The position numbers and the translations under genes were made by a program. The notes under the pieces were generated by a model. The model was given only the letters and a program-made list of their open reading frames with translations, did not search any database and had not been told where the DNA came from. Shown one piece after another: positions 7,603 through 15,874 of a DNA stretch of 20,000 nucleotides (its first letter is position 1; each line of letters opens with the position of its first letter). The DNA is from an uncultured virus (IMG/VR IMGVR_UViG_3300023231_000362) (taxonomy: Duplodnaviria; Heunggongvirae; Uroviricota; Caudoviricetes), in the IMG/VR virus record IMGVR_UViG_3300023231_000362; one strand, 5' to 3'.

Positions 7603-7806
7603 CTAAGACTTTTTAGTAGTTGTCTTCTTTTTTGTTGATGTGGCCTTCTTCTTAGCAGGCGACTTTTTTGTTGTTGTGGCCTTCTTCTTAGCTGGTGCAT
7701 TGTCAGCAAGAGGGAACGTTGTTCCCTTAGGGAACGGCCAAGCGGCTGGTTCTTTAACTTCAGGGTTGTTGTTTCCAAATAACCAGTTAATTAATTTTGA
7801 CAGCAT
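7603..7806 (-). CDS. Small Lys/Ala/Thr-rich (histone H1-like tail) protein
   Basis: MLSKLINWLFG...PAKKKATTTKKSPAKKKATSTKKKTTTKKS; GGAG SD before the ATG at 7806 (ORF track starts at 7821). Confidence 0.75.
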   Translation of the reverse strand: MLSKLINWLFGNNNPEVKEPAAWPFPKGTTFPLADNAPAKKKATTTKKSPAKKKATSTKKKTTTKKS

Positions 7807-7836
7807 GTTATCGATCTCCATTGTATAATATACATA

Positions 7837-7844
7837 TATTTATA
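7837..7844 (-). promoter_or_regulatory. T4-type late promoter TATAAATA
   Basis: Plus-strand tatttata is an exact T4 late consensus on the - strand, upstream of the Lys-rich gene. Confidence 0.65.
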
Positions 7845-7851
7845 TTAGGTA

Positions 7852-7880
7852 TTGACAAACGAACAGAAAGGCCCTATAAT
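7852..7880 (+). promoter_or_regulatory. Sigma70-like early promoter
   Basis: TTGACA-N17-TATAAT perfect consensus. Confidence 0.85.
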
Positions 7881-7909
7881 AACACTATTAATAACGATAT
7901 AGGATTGAT

Positions 7910-8245
7910 ATGAAGCAATTTATTATGATTTTTACTATGTTGGGTATTACTGGATGTGCGGGCCTAAACACGCACTCTAAGCCAGATATTGAATATGTTA
8001 GGAACTTTAAAATAGATTGCAGTCAAGCACATGCGCAGTACCAGTATATTGACAGTTTAACACCCACGCATTGGGAAAAACAAAGTGCTAAGATTATTAC
8101 CTCATCAGTAACTGGTAGTATTGGTGGTGCTATTTCTGGTGATCATAGAAACAGGGCACATATTAGTTCTGGAGTATACGAAGCAAACATCAGTATGATT
8201 AAACATGATATTAGAAGTCAATGTGGATATAAGGATTATACATGA
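7910..8245 (+). CDS. Putative lipoprotein
   Basis: Signal peptide ending in lipobox ITGC. Confidence 0.75.
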   Translation: MKQFIMIFTMLGITGCAGLNTHSKPDIEYVRNFKIDCSQAHAQYQYIDSLTPTHWEKQSAKIITSSVTGSIGGAISGDHRNRAHISSGVYEANISMIKHDIRSQCGYKDYT

Positions 8246-8523
8246 AATATTTCGCAATATTTTCAATGCTGTTTTTAACTGCATGTGGATCTGTATACAA
8301 GGCACCATTACATCAGGTTGAGAGAATGTATGTGGACTGTGCCAATAAGGAACAACAGGAGCGATACCTAGAAAGTTTATTAACGAAACAACATGACGAT
8401 GGTATTGAATACTGGAACGACTGGTTGTTAAATTTAAACTCTGAGGAAAGACATCAAGACGAGGCGTTATATCGTAACCGTGTTAGATCATTACTGTGGG
8501 AGGTTAGATCAACATGCGGTTAA
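8242..8523 (+). CDS. Putative lipoprotein (possible distant paralog of the upstream gene)
   Basis: Lipobox LTAC; shares a DC....Q..Y..SL and C-terminal I/VRS.CG pattern with 7910-8245. Confidence 0.75.
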   Translation: MKYFAIFSMLFLTACGSVYKAPLHQVERMYVDCANKEQQERYLESLLTKQHDDGIEYWNDWLLNLNSEERHQDEALYRNRVRSLLWEVRSTCG

Positions 8524-9068
8524 TTACTCTACTATTAATTGTTCCTGGTTTAGTGTTTGCTGAATGCAGGGTCGTGCAAAACAATCACAGTAACGCAGTA
8601 GGCACGATTAATCAGATCAGAAACATACAATCACAAGTACTGGAGTTTAGAAATAAAACCAGACAGTGCGAAGTTACATTTGAAGGCAACATTGCTAATG
8701 GCTGGCACATTGGGTCTGGAGTGTACAAATGGCGTAATGACATGCCAGATGATGTAGCGTGTGGCAATGCATTTGAGCTCGCCAAAGGTAACTTAATTAA
8801 AACAGTGGGTAAGATGCAGATTAGTTCTGAGACTTCATTAATCTGTGATGAGAGCAACGACCCTGCACTTAAAGTATTAACACCAGGACAAGTTCTCGCA
8901 TATGGTCAATGGAGACCACATCCCAAAAAGCCACAAGTGTTTTGGTATCAAGGCACAAGTTGCATGTGGTTTGTGGAAACCAATCTAGCAGGCAACAGTA
9001 TGCGGCAATGGGAAGGTATTGTATGTGAAGCCAACGACAACAACTGGGTTGTGGTTGACAAATTTTAA
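8514..9068 (+). CDS. Secreted Cys-containing hypothetical protein
   Basis: N-terminal signal peptide (VFA cleavage), six Cys. Confidence 0.75.
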   Translation: MRLITLLLIVPGLVFAECRVVQNNHSNAVGTINQIRNIQSQVLEFRNKTRQCEVTFEGNIANGWHIGSGVYKWRNDMPDDVACGNAFELAKGNLIKTVGKMQISSETSLICDESNDPALKVLTPGQVLAYGQWRPHPKKPQVFWYQGTSCMWFVETNLAGNSMRQWEGIVCEANDNNWVVVDKF

Positions 9069-9113
9069 AAGTGATGTTAATGTATGTTATATTATTTGCG
9101 TAGGAGGTATAAT

Positions 9114-9278
9114 ATGAAAGGTTTTATCGTAGGAGTAATACTAACACTAGCGGTAGTGTTTCCAGACAAAACCAAAGATGTGTTTACTTGGTCAGTAGAA
9201 GCAATGGAAAACGTTATTGCTGGCAGTGAAACAACTTTAGATACAGTTAGTAGTTCAATAGAAGAGAGGACATTATGA
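9114..9278 (+). CDS. Small membrane-anchored protein
   Basis: SD aggagg before the ATG at 9114; hydrophobic N-terminus. Confidence 0.65.
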   Translation: MKGFIVGVILTLAVVFPDKTKDVFTWSVEAMENVIAGSETTLDTVSSSIEERTL

Positions 9279-9829
9279 AAACCCTTGTGATTGCGTTGAC
9301 AGCACTGTCCTTAGTGGCGTGCAACTCAACAGGCAAGTATGCTAAGATTGAGCAGAAAAAGTTTGAGCAAGACGCCAAGTATGCAGAGAAGGCACTGGAT
9401 AAAATGCCAAAATGGATGACTGAGATGCCAGAAGATCAAGCCGCAGTATATGCAAACGGAACGGCAACCAGCTTTGACATCAATATGGCAGATACGAAAG
9501 CCATGGTAATGGCACTAGGCAAAATCTGTATTAGTGCAGGTGGCACAGTAGACGAGCGTTCCAGGGTCTTTATGCAGGATACTCCTGATGGCACAATAGA
9601 ACGCAGTGAGTTAGCAATTCAGAGTGTATGTGATACCGTTGATGTTAGTGGGGCAGAGATTGCCGACATTAAACGTATAACACAAGGCACAAAGTATAGA
9701 ACATATGTGCTAATGGTGTTGCCTTTTGGTAATGCTAATTATCTAGCAACCAAGCGAAGAACCGCACAAAATCAAGCACTAGCAGAAGAACGTATGGAAG
9801 ATGTATTTGAAGAAATGGAGTCTAATTAA
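9275..9829 (+). CDS. Lipoprotein, LPP20-like
   Basis: Lipobox LVAC; MPKWM..P.....YA.GTA.S.D..MA..KA pattern typical of LPP20-like lipoproteins. Confidence 0.65.
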   Translation: MKTLVIALTALSLVACNSTGKYAKIEQKKFEQDAKYAEKALDKMPKWMTEMPEDQAAVYANGTATSFDINMADTKAMVMALGKICISAGGTVDERSRVFMQDTPDGTIERSELAIQSVCDTVDVSGAEIADIKRITQGTKYRTYVLMVLPFGNANYLATKRRTAQNQALAEERMEDVFEEMESN

Positions 9830-10452
9830 TGCCAAATTTAGTACCAATAGTTATTGAGCAAACTAGTAAAGGTGAACGCAGTTTTGACATCTACTCTAGA
9901 TTACTTAAAGACAGAGTTGTGATACTGGACACAGAAGTATCGAGTCACTCAGCAAGTTTGATTGTGGCTCAACTACTGTATCTAGAGTCTGAAGATCCAG
10001 GGCAAGACATCTTGCTCTATATTAACAGTCCAGGAGGACTTGTGTCAGCAGGCTTATCTATATATGATACCATGCAGTACATCAAACCAGATGTATCTAC
10101 TATTGTATTAGGACAAGCCGCAAGTATGGGATCGTTCCTAGCAATGGCTGGTGCTGAAGGCAAGCGTATGGTATTACCAGAAGCTCGCACAATGATACAC
10201 AGAGTGTCGTCTGGCACTCCAGGAACTAAAGGCAGTGTGCATGTACAGGCACTAGAGTTTGAGGATGCTAAACGTTCATTTGAAGAAAGTCAACACATTA
10301 ACAAGCGTCTAACAGAACTCTACGTTAGACACAACACCGCTGGCAAATCGTATAAGGATCTGTATGAAGCAATGAAGTTTGATACATATCTATCAGCTGA
10401 AGAAGCAGTCGATTATGGACTGGCAGATACAGTTATTACAAACAGAGAATAA
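9829..10452 (+). CDS. clpP: ATP-dependent Clp protease proteolytic subunit
   Basis: [38 protein letters not shown] (Ser), MIH (His), [17 protein letters not shown] (Asp). Confidence 0.96.
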   Translation: MPNLVPIVIEQTSKGERSFDIYSRLLKDRVVILDTEVSSHSASLIVAQLLYLESEDPGQDILLYINSPGGLVSAGLSIYDTMQYIKPDVSTIVLGQAASMGSFLAMAGAEGKRMVLPEARTMIHRVSSGTPGTKGSVHVQALEFEDAKRSFEESQHINKRLTELYVRHNTAGKSYKDLYEAMKFDTYLSAEEAVDYGLADTVITNRE

Positions 10453-10462
10453 GCGCAATACC

Positions 10463-10494
10463 GCTGTCCAAATAAATACACTATTAAGGACAGC
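10463..10494 (+). promoter_or_regulatory. Late promoter TAAATA inside an RBS-sequestering hairpin
   Basis: gctgtcc (10463-10469) / ggacagc (10488-10494) stem; TAAATA at 10473-10478 in the loop; SD aagga overlaps the 3' arm. Confidence 0.65.
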
Positions 10495-10496
10495 AA

Positions 10497-11420
10497 ATGC
10501 AGTTATTTGAATTACGTAAAGGTCAACCCGAAGTCTATGTAGACATGGATGGCGTGTTGGCCGACTTTTTTGGCGCACTTAGCCAACAACACCAAGTTGA
10601 TCATTGGACGGATATACCAGACAGTGACGATACTGTAGTTAAAAGTGCAAACCAAAAAGGTTTCTTTGAGAACTTACCAAAACTGCCCAATGCAGACAGT
10701 TTAATCGATAGTGTTGTTGCCATGGTGGGCACATACAACATTCTCAGCAGTCCTCTTCAAAGTAACAAAGAACAAAGTGCTAGTGAAAAGTCTGCTTGGA
10801 TAGACAGGAATATAAACCCTAAGCCAGCACAACGTATATTTGACCATAACAAATACAAGTATGCCACACAATCAGATGGCACACCTAACATATTAATAGA
10901 CGATTATCCCTACAATATTAAACTCTGGCAGTCTAGAGGAGGTATAGGTATACAGTACAAGGATAGATGGTCCGCAGACGTCATTAAAGAGCTAGAAACA
11001 GCCTTAAAGAACGTTAAACAAGCAGAAATAAGCGAAGAATTTGAAATTACAGTACCAGTCAACGATGCACTATACACTAACAAAGATGTGTTAAAATACG
11101 TAAAAGACACACATCACAAGTATAATTTACCCGAGCCAATATTAAAACACAATGCATGGGTACTAGTTAACTTTCCGGTAGCAGAGTTACACATAAGACA
11201 AAACGGCAAGGGCGAAGATCCTTACGGTAGAGATAACGAAATAGATTTCGATACAGTAGCCGATGTAAACATGAAAAAATTTGCAACAAACCCTATTGTA
11301 ATCGACGATAATAATTGGATAATCGATGGTAACCACAGAGCCACAGCGGCTCGGATGTTTGGAATGAAAAAGATACCAGCCTTCTGTCCATATACTCATG
11401 CACAGAAGGTTTTGTTGTGA
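10497..11420 (+). CDS. 5'(3')-deoxyribonucleotidase (NT5C-like HAD) fused to a C-terminal ParB/Srx-like domain
   Basis: YVDMDGVLADF, ILSSP, K..W, ILIDDY..N...W...GG.GI; C-terminal PIVID....IIDGNHRATAA...G.KKIPA. Confidence 0.85.
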   Translation: MQLFELRKGQPEVYVDMDGVLADFFGALSQQHQVDHWTDIPDSDDTVVKSANQKGFFENLPKLPNADSLIDSVVAMVGTYNILSSPLQSNKEQSASEKSAWIDRNINPKPAQRIFDHNKYKYATQSDGTPNILIDDYPYNIKLWQSRGGIGIQYKDRWSADVIKELETALKNVKQAEISEEFEITVPVNDALYTNKDVLKYVKDTHHKYNLPEPILKHNAWVLVNFPVAELHIRQNGKGEDPYGRDNEIDFDTVADVNMKKFATNPIVIDDNNWIIDGNHRATAARMFGMKKIPAFCPYTHAQKVLL

Positions 11421-11608
11421 AATCAATGAGTAATATATGTGTAATCTGTAACAGACCAATTAATGATAAATGTACATGGTCAACCTGTGTTTTAGCAAAT
11501 AAAATTAGCACCCACAGAACAATACAATCTACCATTGATGTACAGTATGACAGCAAGTTCAATCCAGAATGGAAACAAGAAATTGAAAAATACACAGGGA
11601 GACATTAA
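11417..11608 (+). CDS. Small Cys-rich hypothetical protein
   Basis: GTG start overlapping the upstream stop; CxxC...C...C. Confidence 0.5.
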   Translation: MKSMSNICVICNRPINDKCTWSTCVLANKISTHRTIQSTIDVQYDSKFNPEWKQEIEKYTGRH

Positions 11609-11697
11609 TGTTTAACATGTTTAAAAAGAAGAAGGTTAGAAATCATTAATGATAATCATTTGTAGTGCAGTATCAACAATAAAAAGGGAAATGTTAG

Positions 11698-12141
11698 ATG
11701 TACGAGTATAAAGCAAAAATCGTCAGAGTTATAGATGGCGACACAGTAGACATAGATATTGATTTAGGGTTTGGTGTTATGATTGTTAACGAACGTGTTC
11801 GTATTATGGGTATTGATACACCAGAGTCGAGAACAAAAGACAATGTAGAAAAACTTTTTGGTTTGGCTAGTAAGGTTAGGTTAAAAGAGCTACTAGGAAA
11901 AGGTGCTAAATTAGTATGTAAGGAATATGACGCAAAAGGTAAGTTTGGTCGTATATTAGGAGACTTTGAACTTGAAGACGGTAGAATGGTAACAGACATT
12001 TTAATCGGCGAAGGTCAATGTGTTCCTTACTTTGGCGGATCGAAAGATGATACACAAGCCGCACATAAGGTAAACAGAACTCGATTACTTGCTGAAGGTG
12101 TAGTAAGTCAAATTGAGTACGATAAATTAACAAAGGAATAA
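11698..12141 (+). CDS. Thermonuclease (SNase) family nuclease
   Basis: RVIDGDTVD, RVRIMGIDTPESRT, GKFGRILG. Confidence 0.93.
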   Translation: MYEYKAKIVRVIDGDTVDIDIDLGFGVMIVNERVRIMGIDTPESRTKDNVEKLFGLASKVRLKELLGKGAKLVCKEYDAKGKFGRILGDFELEDGRMVTDILIGEGQCVPYFGGSKDDTQAAHKVNRTRLLAEGVVSQIEYDKLTKE

Positions 12142-12144
12142 TAA

Positions 12145-12348
12145 ATGAAAGACTTGATAATCAACAACTTAAAAAACAAGTATCAAAATCAAATTGATAT
12201 TGCAAAAACAAACATTGCTGTGTTTCTAGCAAGTCCACAAGGCATAGCAGAACATATTGATTTTTCAGCAACAGTTGAAACAGAACTAGAAAAAATTGCA
12301 CATGCAACCGATATGCTAGAAGCACTAAAAGTTGTGGTAAACGGATAA
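12145..12348 (+). CDS. Small conserved-looking phage hypothetical protein
   Basis: NIAVFLASPQGIAEHID...E.ELEKIA...D.LEAL helical pattern. Confidence 0.7.
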   Translation: MKDLIINNLKNKYQNQIDIAKTNIAVFLASPQGIAEHIDFSATVETELEKIAHATDMLEALKVVVNG

Positions 12349-12351
12349 ATA
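12346..12351 (+). promoter_or_regulatory. Putative late promoter TAAATA
   Basis: Overlaps the upstream stop, ending 5 nt before the ATG at 12357. Confidence 0.5.
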
Positions 12352-12356
12352 CTGGT

Positions 12357-12743
12357 ATGAAAATACAAGAACTTGGAGAAGGCAACAGTCCGCACAAAAA
12401 AGGTACTAAGAAGTACAAGAAGCACATGGCAGCCATGCATGCTGGCATGTCTGAAGAACTGTCACAATTCGATTATGAACGTCCTGAGAACAGTGAAGTC
12501 ACTGTTCAGGGAATAGGTCGATACAGTATAGGGACGCTAAAGCAAAGTATCCAACGCCAGTTATCCTTGTTGGCAACACAAGCAGAACGTGGTGATTATG
12601 ACAACATTAGATACGCATTAGACCCCAATAGTATTGGAGGAACACTAATACCCAAAGTAAATGCATTAGTTAAAGCATTAGATCAACTTGAAGCTGAACG
12701 TAAAAAGGGCGGGGCTCGTAGTGGAAACATCGAGCCGAGGTAA
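12357..12743 (+). CDS. Late hypothetical protein, possible internal head protein
   Basis: MKIQEL N-terminus, basic PHKKGTKKYKKHMAAMHA segment, late motif upstream. Confidence 0.7.
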   Translation: MKIQELGEGNSPHKKGTKKYKKHMAAMHAGMSEELSQFDYERPENSEVTVQGIGRYSIGTLKQSIQRQLSLLATQAERGDYDNIRYALDPNSIGGTLIPKVNALVKALDQLEAERKKGGARSGNIEPR

Positions 12744-12803
12744 GGCAGATATGAAGTCCAGCCGCAAATAAAATCCAAATAAATTAATAACTTACAAAAA
12801 CGG

Positions 12804-12832
12804 TTGACATTATGGCTGATTGAGTCTATAAT
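12804..12832 (+). promoter_or_regulatory. Sigma70-like early promoter
   Basis: GGTTGACA-N17-TATAAT. Confidence 0.85.
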
Positions 12833-12838
12833 AACAAC

Positions 12839-12994
12839 ATGAACACATTGGTCGAAGTTGATAAAGATGCATTCAAATATTACGGCGGTAATGTTCGTGT
12901 GCAACAAGGTCGTTTTTTTGTGCCACTACACATAGCATTAAAATTTCGGTTGACAACTGGTGCAAATGGTTCTATAATTAATCAGGTAGGTTAG
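12839..12994 (+). CDS. 51-aa leaderless small ORF (not in the ORF track)
   Basis: ATG at the expected +1 of promoter 12804; MNTLVEVDKDAFKYYGGNVRVQQGRFFVPLHIALKFRLTTGANGSIINQVG. Confidence 0.5.
   Translation: MNTLVEVDKDAFKYYGGNVRVQQGRFFVPLHIALKFRLTTGANGSIINQVG
12950..12978 (+). promoter_or_regulatory. Sigma70-like early promoter
   Basis: GGTTGACA-N17-TATAAT. Confidence 0.85.
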
Positions 12995-13025
12995 TTAATT
13001 TTTAATTTTTATGAGAGGTTCAATC

Positions 13026-13337
13026 ATGTTTACAGTAGCTGGAGTTTCACAAAAGAGTGGTGTACACAAAGTTCGTTTTGCAAACGATATGGTAACCCGT
13101 GTTAAGAATTTAATTAAGGATGGTCAAGCAGATATTAATCTTATTACCCTCCCTAATGCAATGGAGAAAGGTGAAGCAGTAAAATATCTTATGTCGCAAG
13201 AGTCATTAGTGGCTAAGCCAGAATGGCGTGCCGCTATCGAGACTGCCGACGCAAAGTACAATCATACTAAGATTATCAGAATCGCTGGTGTTAAGGTAAA
13301 AACATCTGTTTCTACTCCAGAAGTAGTTGCTGGTTAA
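13026..13337 (+). CDS. Hypothetical phage protein
   Basis: SD gagagg before the ATG at 13026; FTVAGVS....KVRFAND...RVK.L motif. Confidence 0.8.
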   Translation: MFTVAGVSQKSGVHKVRFANDMVTRVKNLIKDGQADINLITLPNAMEKGEAVKYLMSQESLVAKPEWRAAIETADAKYNHTKIIRIAGVKVKTSVSTPEVVAG

Positions 13338-13349
13338 TACTAGCAAATG

Positions 13350-13383
13350 CATTTAAGGGCCCTTAGGGCTCTTAAATGTTTTT
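13350..13383 (+). terminator. Rho-independent terminator
   Basis: catttaagggccc-tta-gggctcttaaatg stem (one G-U) followed by a T-run. Confidence 0.8.
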
Positions 13384-13446
13384 AACCGTTATTTAGTGTA
13401 TGTGGAATGGTATATAAAGTACTTGCTTATTGTCCCTACATATGTT

Positions 13447-13452
13447 TAAATA
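13447..13452 (+). promoter_or_regulatory. Putative late promoter TAAATA
   Basis: Located between the terminator and the membrane-protein gene. Confidence 0.4.
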
Positions 13453-13529
13453 ATACTACGATTTTTGAAAGTGTCAAAAAACACGATTAGACTGTTCGTA
13501 AATCAAATCTTATTAAGGAGATTATTTTG

Positions 13530-13760
13530 ATGAAAATGTTAAGCATAGCAAAAGACTGGCTCAAAGAGATCTTAGATCTTGGTATTGTGGTCATCGCCGT
13601 TGCAGTTATCCTTCAACTCATATTTGGAGACGCTGTACCGTTTATAGGTGGTGATGTTGTTGCTAACGTAATTGAACTTGTTAACGCATTAGGTTCACAA
13701 GGATTGGTTGGTTTAGTAGCACTTGGTGTTATTGTTTGGGCTTTTAACAAAGGCAAATAA
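13530..13760 (+). CDS. Small two-helix membrane protein
   Basis: SD taaggag; two hydrophobic segments; FG.AVPF and LGSQGLVGLVAL motifs. Confidence 0.8.
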   Translation: MKMLSIAKDWLKEILDLGIVVIAVAVILQLIFGDAVPFIGGDVVANVIELVNALGSQGLVGLVALGVIVWAFNKGK

Positions 13761-13796
13761 GTTACTACCTTACACGTTGCATATAACGTAGCAAAT

Positions 13797-13827
13797 ATGG
13801 GGGAGTGTTATACTCCCCCATTTTTTT
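13797..13827 (+). terminator. Rho-independent terminator
   Basis: atgggggagt / actcccccat perfect stem followed by a T-run. Confidence 0.88.
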
Positions 13828-13829
13828 GG

Positions 13830-13858
13830 TTGACGTTTGGCTCGACTGGCACTATAAT
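13830..13858 (+). promoter_or_regulatory. Sigma70-like early promoter
   Basis: TTGACG-N17-TATAAT; 17 nt identical to the promoter at 15385-15401. Confidence 0.8.
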
Positions 13859-13881
13859 TAAGTTTTTATCAGGAGCATTCA

Positions 13882-14217
13882 ATGAAAGCATATCGAGAAA
13901 TAGACACGTATAAAGACTTTGATTTACCTGACAGCATTTTATATCTTAAAGGCGACATGCTTTATGCTACTAAATCAGGTAACAGTGATATTAGAGTTCT
14001 AACTACCCCATTAAGAATAGATAAACGTGGTAGAAAGTTTGTCGAACTAACAGGCGTTGAGATGCCTGACTTAAATAGTCAAGTACAAGTAATTGAAGTA
14101 GAAGGTAGCAAAGGCAACACCTACTATATTACAATGTCGGATACACCAAATTGCAGTTGTCCTGGCTATCAGTTCAGAGGTAATTGTAGCCACATTAAAG
14201 AACTAGATGCCCAATAA
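13882..14217 (+). CDS. SWIM zinc-finger protein
   Basis: C-terminal V.GSKGNTY......CSCPGYQFRGNCSHI (CxC-x8-CxH). Confidence 0.85.
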   Translation: MKAYREIDTYKDFDLPDSILYLKGDMLYATKSGNSDIRVLTTPLRIDKRGRKFVELTGVEMPDLNSQVQVIEVEGSKGNTYYITMSDTPNCSCPGYQFRGNCSHIKELDAQ

Positions 14218-15394
14218 AACATTCTGTATCCTACCCTGGACACATTTCTTCCATGACCCAACTGGCAGAGTAATGCCATGTTGTAGTGCGCATTGTAAAC
14301 AGCCAGGCAATCAACAACCTGATTATGGCAACATGAAACAGTTTACATCGCACACAGATATAATTAATCAACAAAACTTTAATGATCTTAGGTTAAAGAT
14401 GTTGGCTGGTGAAGAAGCAATAGAATGTCACTATTGTTATGAGACAGAACGACACGGTGGTGAAAGTTTTAGACAAAGCAAGAATAGCATGCTAGACCAA
14501 ATGATCACCATGGATGAGATCGAGAACATGACTAATCCAGACGGCAGTCTCAACAACTTTACAATGCGTTATTGGGACGTTAGATTTAACAATATATGTA
14601 ACCTAGCGTGTCGTATGTGCGGTCCAGAATACAGTCATACCTGGGCAAAAGAACTTCAGATGAAGTTCCCAGACACATACATTGCCAGGGCAAATAAGTC
14701 TGACAATTGGCAAGAAATAATGCAAGGATATGGTCCATTAGATGATCTATATGAGATATACTTTGCTGGTGGTGAAGTTATGTTCCAGAAAGAACACTGG
14801 CAGATGCTGGATCACCTAATAAGCATAGGCAAGACTGATGCCATGATAATGTATGTAACTAACTTAACCAAGTTAGACTACGACAGCTACAAGTTACTAG
14901 ATTACCTACCCAAATTTAGAGATGTCACATTCACTGTGAGTCTAGATGGTACTGGCGACTTGCTGGAATATATTAGATGGGGGGCCAAGTGGGATCAAAT
15001 AGTTAAGAACATGGATGCAATTAAAGAGTTACCTAACGTGCATCTTAGAGTTAACCATGTCACCATGTGGTATAACGTTTTAGCACTGCCTGAGACATTA
15101 GACTTCCTATACGGTATGGGATACCTTTCAAACGCCAATCATATTGATCTGATGGTAGCCAATGAAGAGGTTAATCACGTGGGAGCCTTGCCTGATGACC
15201 TTAAAGCAGAAGCCTGTGAGTCTATACGCTCTAGTAAGTACTACCCAATGCTCAAAGACAAGTTAGAAGCAGTTATAAGTGCCATGACAGAAAATAATTT
15301 TCCCCTTCCAAAACAACGAGTTACCGCACTCGACAAAAGACGTGGCTGTAACGTCTTGAATCATATACCAAAATTATCTAAACATTTTGGTTGA
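14207..15394 (+). CDS. Radical SAM protein with N-terminal twitch/SPASM-like Cys cluster
   Basis: CNLACRMCGP, YFAGGE, VSLDG; N-terminal FCILPW...PCC...C.YCY..E. Confidence 0.92.
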   Translation: MPNKTFCILPWTHFFHDPTGRVMPCCSAHCKQPGNQQPDYGNMKQFTSHTDIINQQNFNDLRLKMLAGEEAIECHYCYETERHGGESFRQSKNSMLDQMITMDEIENMTNPDGSLNNFTMRYWDVRFNNICNLACRMCGPEYSHTWAKELQMKFPDTYIARANKSDNWQEIMQGYGPLDDLYEIYFAGGEVMFQKEHWQMLDHLISIGKTDAMIMYVTNLTKLDYDSYKLLDYLPKFRDVTFTVSLDGTGDLLEYIRWGAKWDQIVKNMDAIKELPNVHLRVNHVTMWYNVLALPETLDFLYGMGYLSNANHIDLMVANEEVNHVGALPDDLKAEACESIRSSKYYPMLKDKLEAVISAMTENNFPLPKQRVTALDKRRGCNVLNHIPKLSKHFG

Positions 15395-15461
15395 CGTTTG
15401 GTCCGAGTGAACCTATAATATAGTTATACTGTTAATAAAGAAGAGGGGAAACAAGATGACT
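15389..15461 (+). repeat. Promoter-leader-RBS-start cassette, copy 1
   Basis: 73 nt, 70/73 identical to 19053-19125; contains TTGACG-N17-TATAAT, SD gagggg and ATGACT. Confidence 0.92.
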
Positions 15462-15806
15462 GCAACGATCGAAACATACAATGTAGAGCTGGTACACCAA
15501 GAAGCCATGCAAGCGGCTAACACAGCGGCTCAGGAGTTTGCTAACAGTCACTTTAACGGTGGCGACGGTGGGGCGTGTGGCTTCAGCTGGGTTGATGTAT
15601 ACGGTGTACGTAGCAACAGCAAGCTGGGCAAGGCCCTGCAGACAGTGGGCTTCCGTAAGAGCTACTCAGGCTCCTTGCAACTGTGGAACAAGTGGTACAT
15701 GGGCCAGAGCATTGATGCTAGCGGAGCAGGTGCAGACGCCTACGCTACATTGTTGAAAGACAAGCTGGGCTTGGACAAGTGCTACGCAGGAAGCAGGTTA
15801 GATTAA
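15456..15806 (+). CDS. Hypothetical phage early protein
   Basis: GACGFSWV motif and C-terminal SRLD; own promoter and SD. Confidence 0.8.
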   Translation: MTATIETYNVELVHQEAMQAANTAAQEFANSHFNGGDGGACGFSWVDVYGVRSNSKLGKALQTVGFRKSYSGSLQLWNKWYMGQSIDASGAGADAYATLLKDKLGLDKCYAGSRLD

Positions 15807-15811
15807 ATTGG

Positions 15812-15840
15812 TTGACAGTTTGTCCAAAATATCATATAAT
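15812..15840 (+). promoter_or_regulatory. Sigma70-like early promoter
   Basis: GGTTGACA-N17-TATAAT. Confidence 0.85.
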
Positions 15841-15874
15841 ACGTAGTATATTAACTAGTAAGGAGCTAAACAAG

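Noticed and set aside
9055..9090. GGTTGACA as another early promoter
   Set aside because: No good -10 hexamer at 17-18 nt spacing; lies within the VVDKF codons
11608..11649. 13-codon ORF MFNMFKKKKVRNH coupled to the upstream stop
   Set aside because: Too short to support; may be a gene remnant
13453..13529. Structured 5' leader or ncRNA (tttttga/tcaaaaa and tacga/tcgta pairings)
   Set aside because: Stems are short and AT-rich, and no known RNA family is recognisable without covariance analysis
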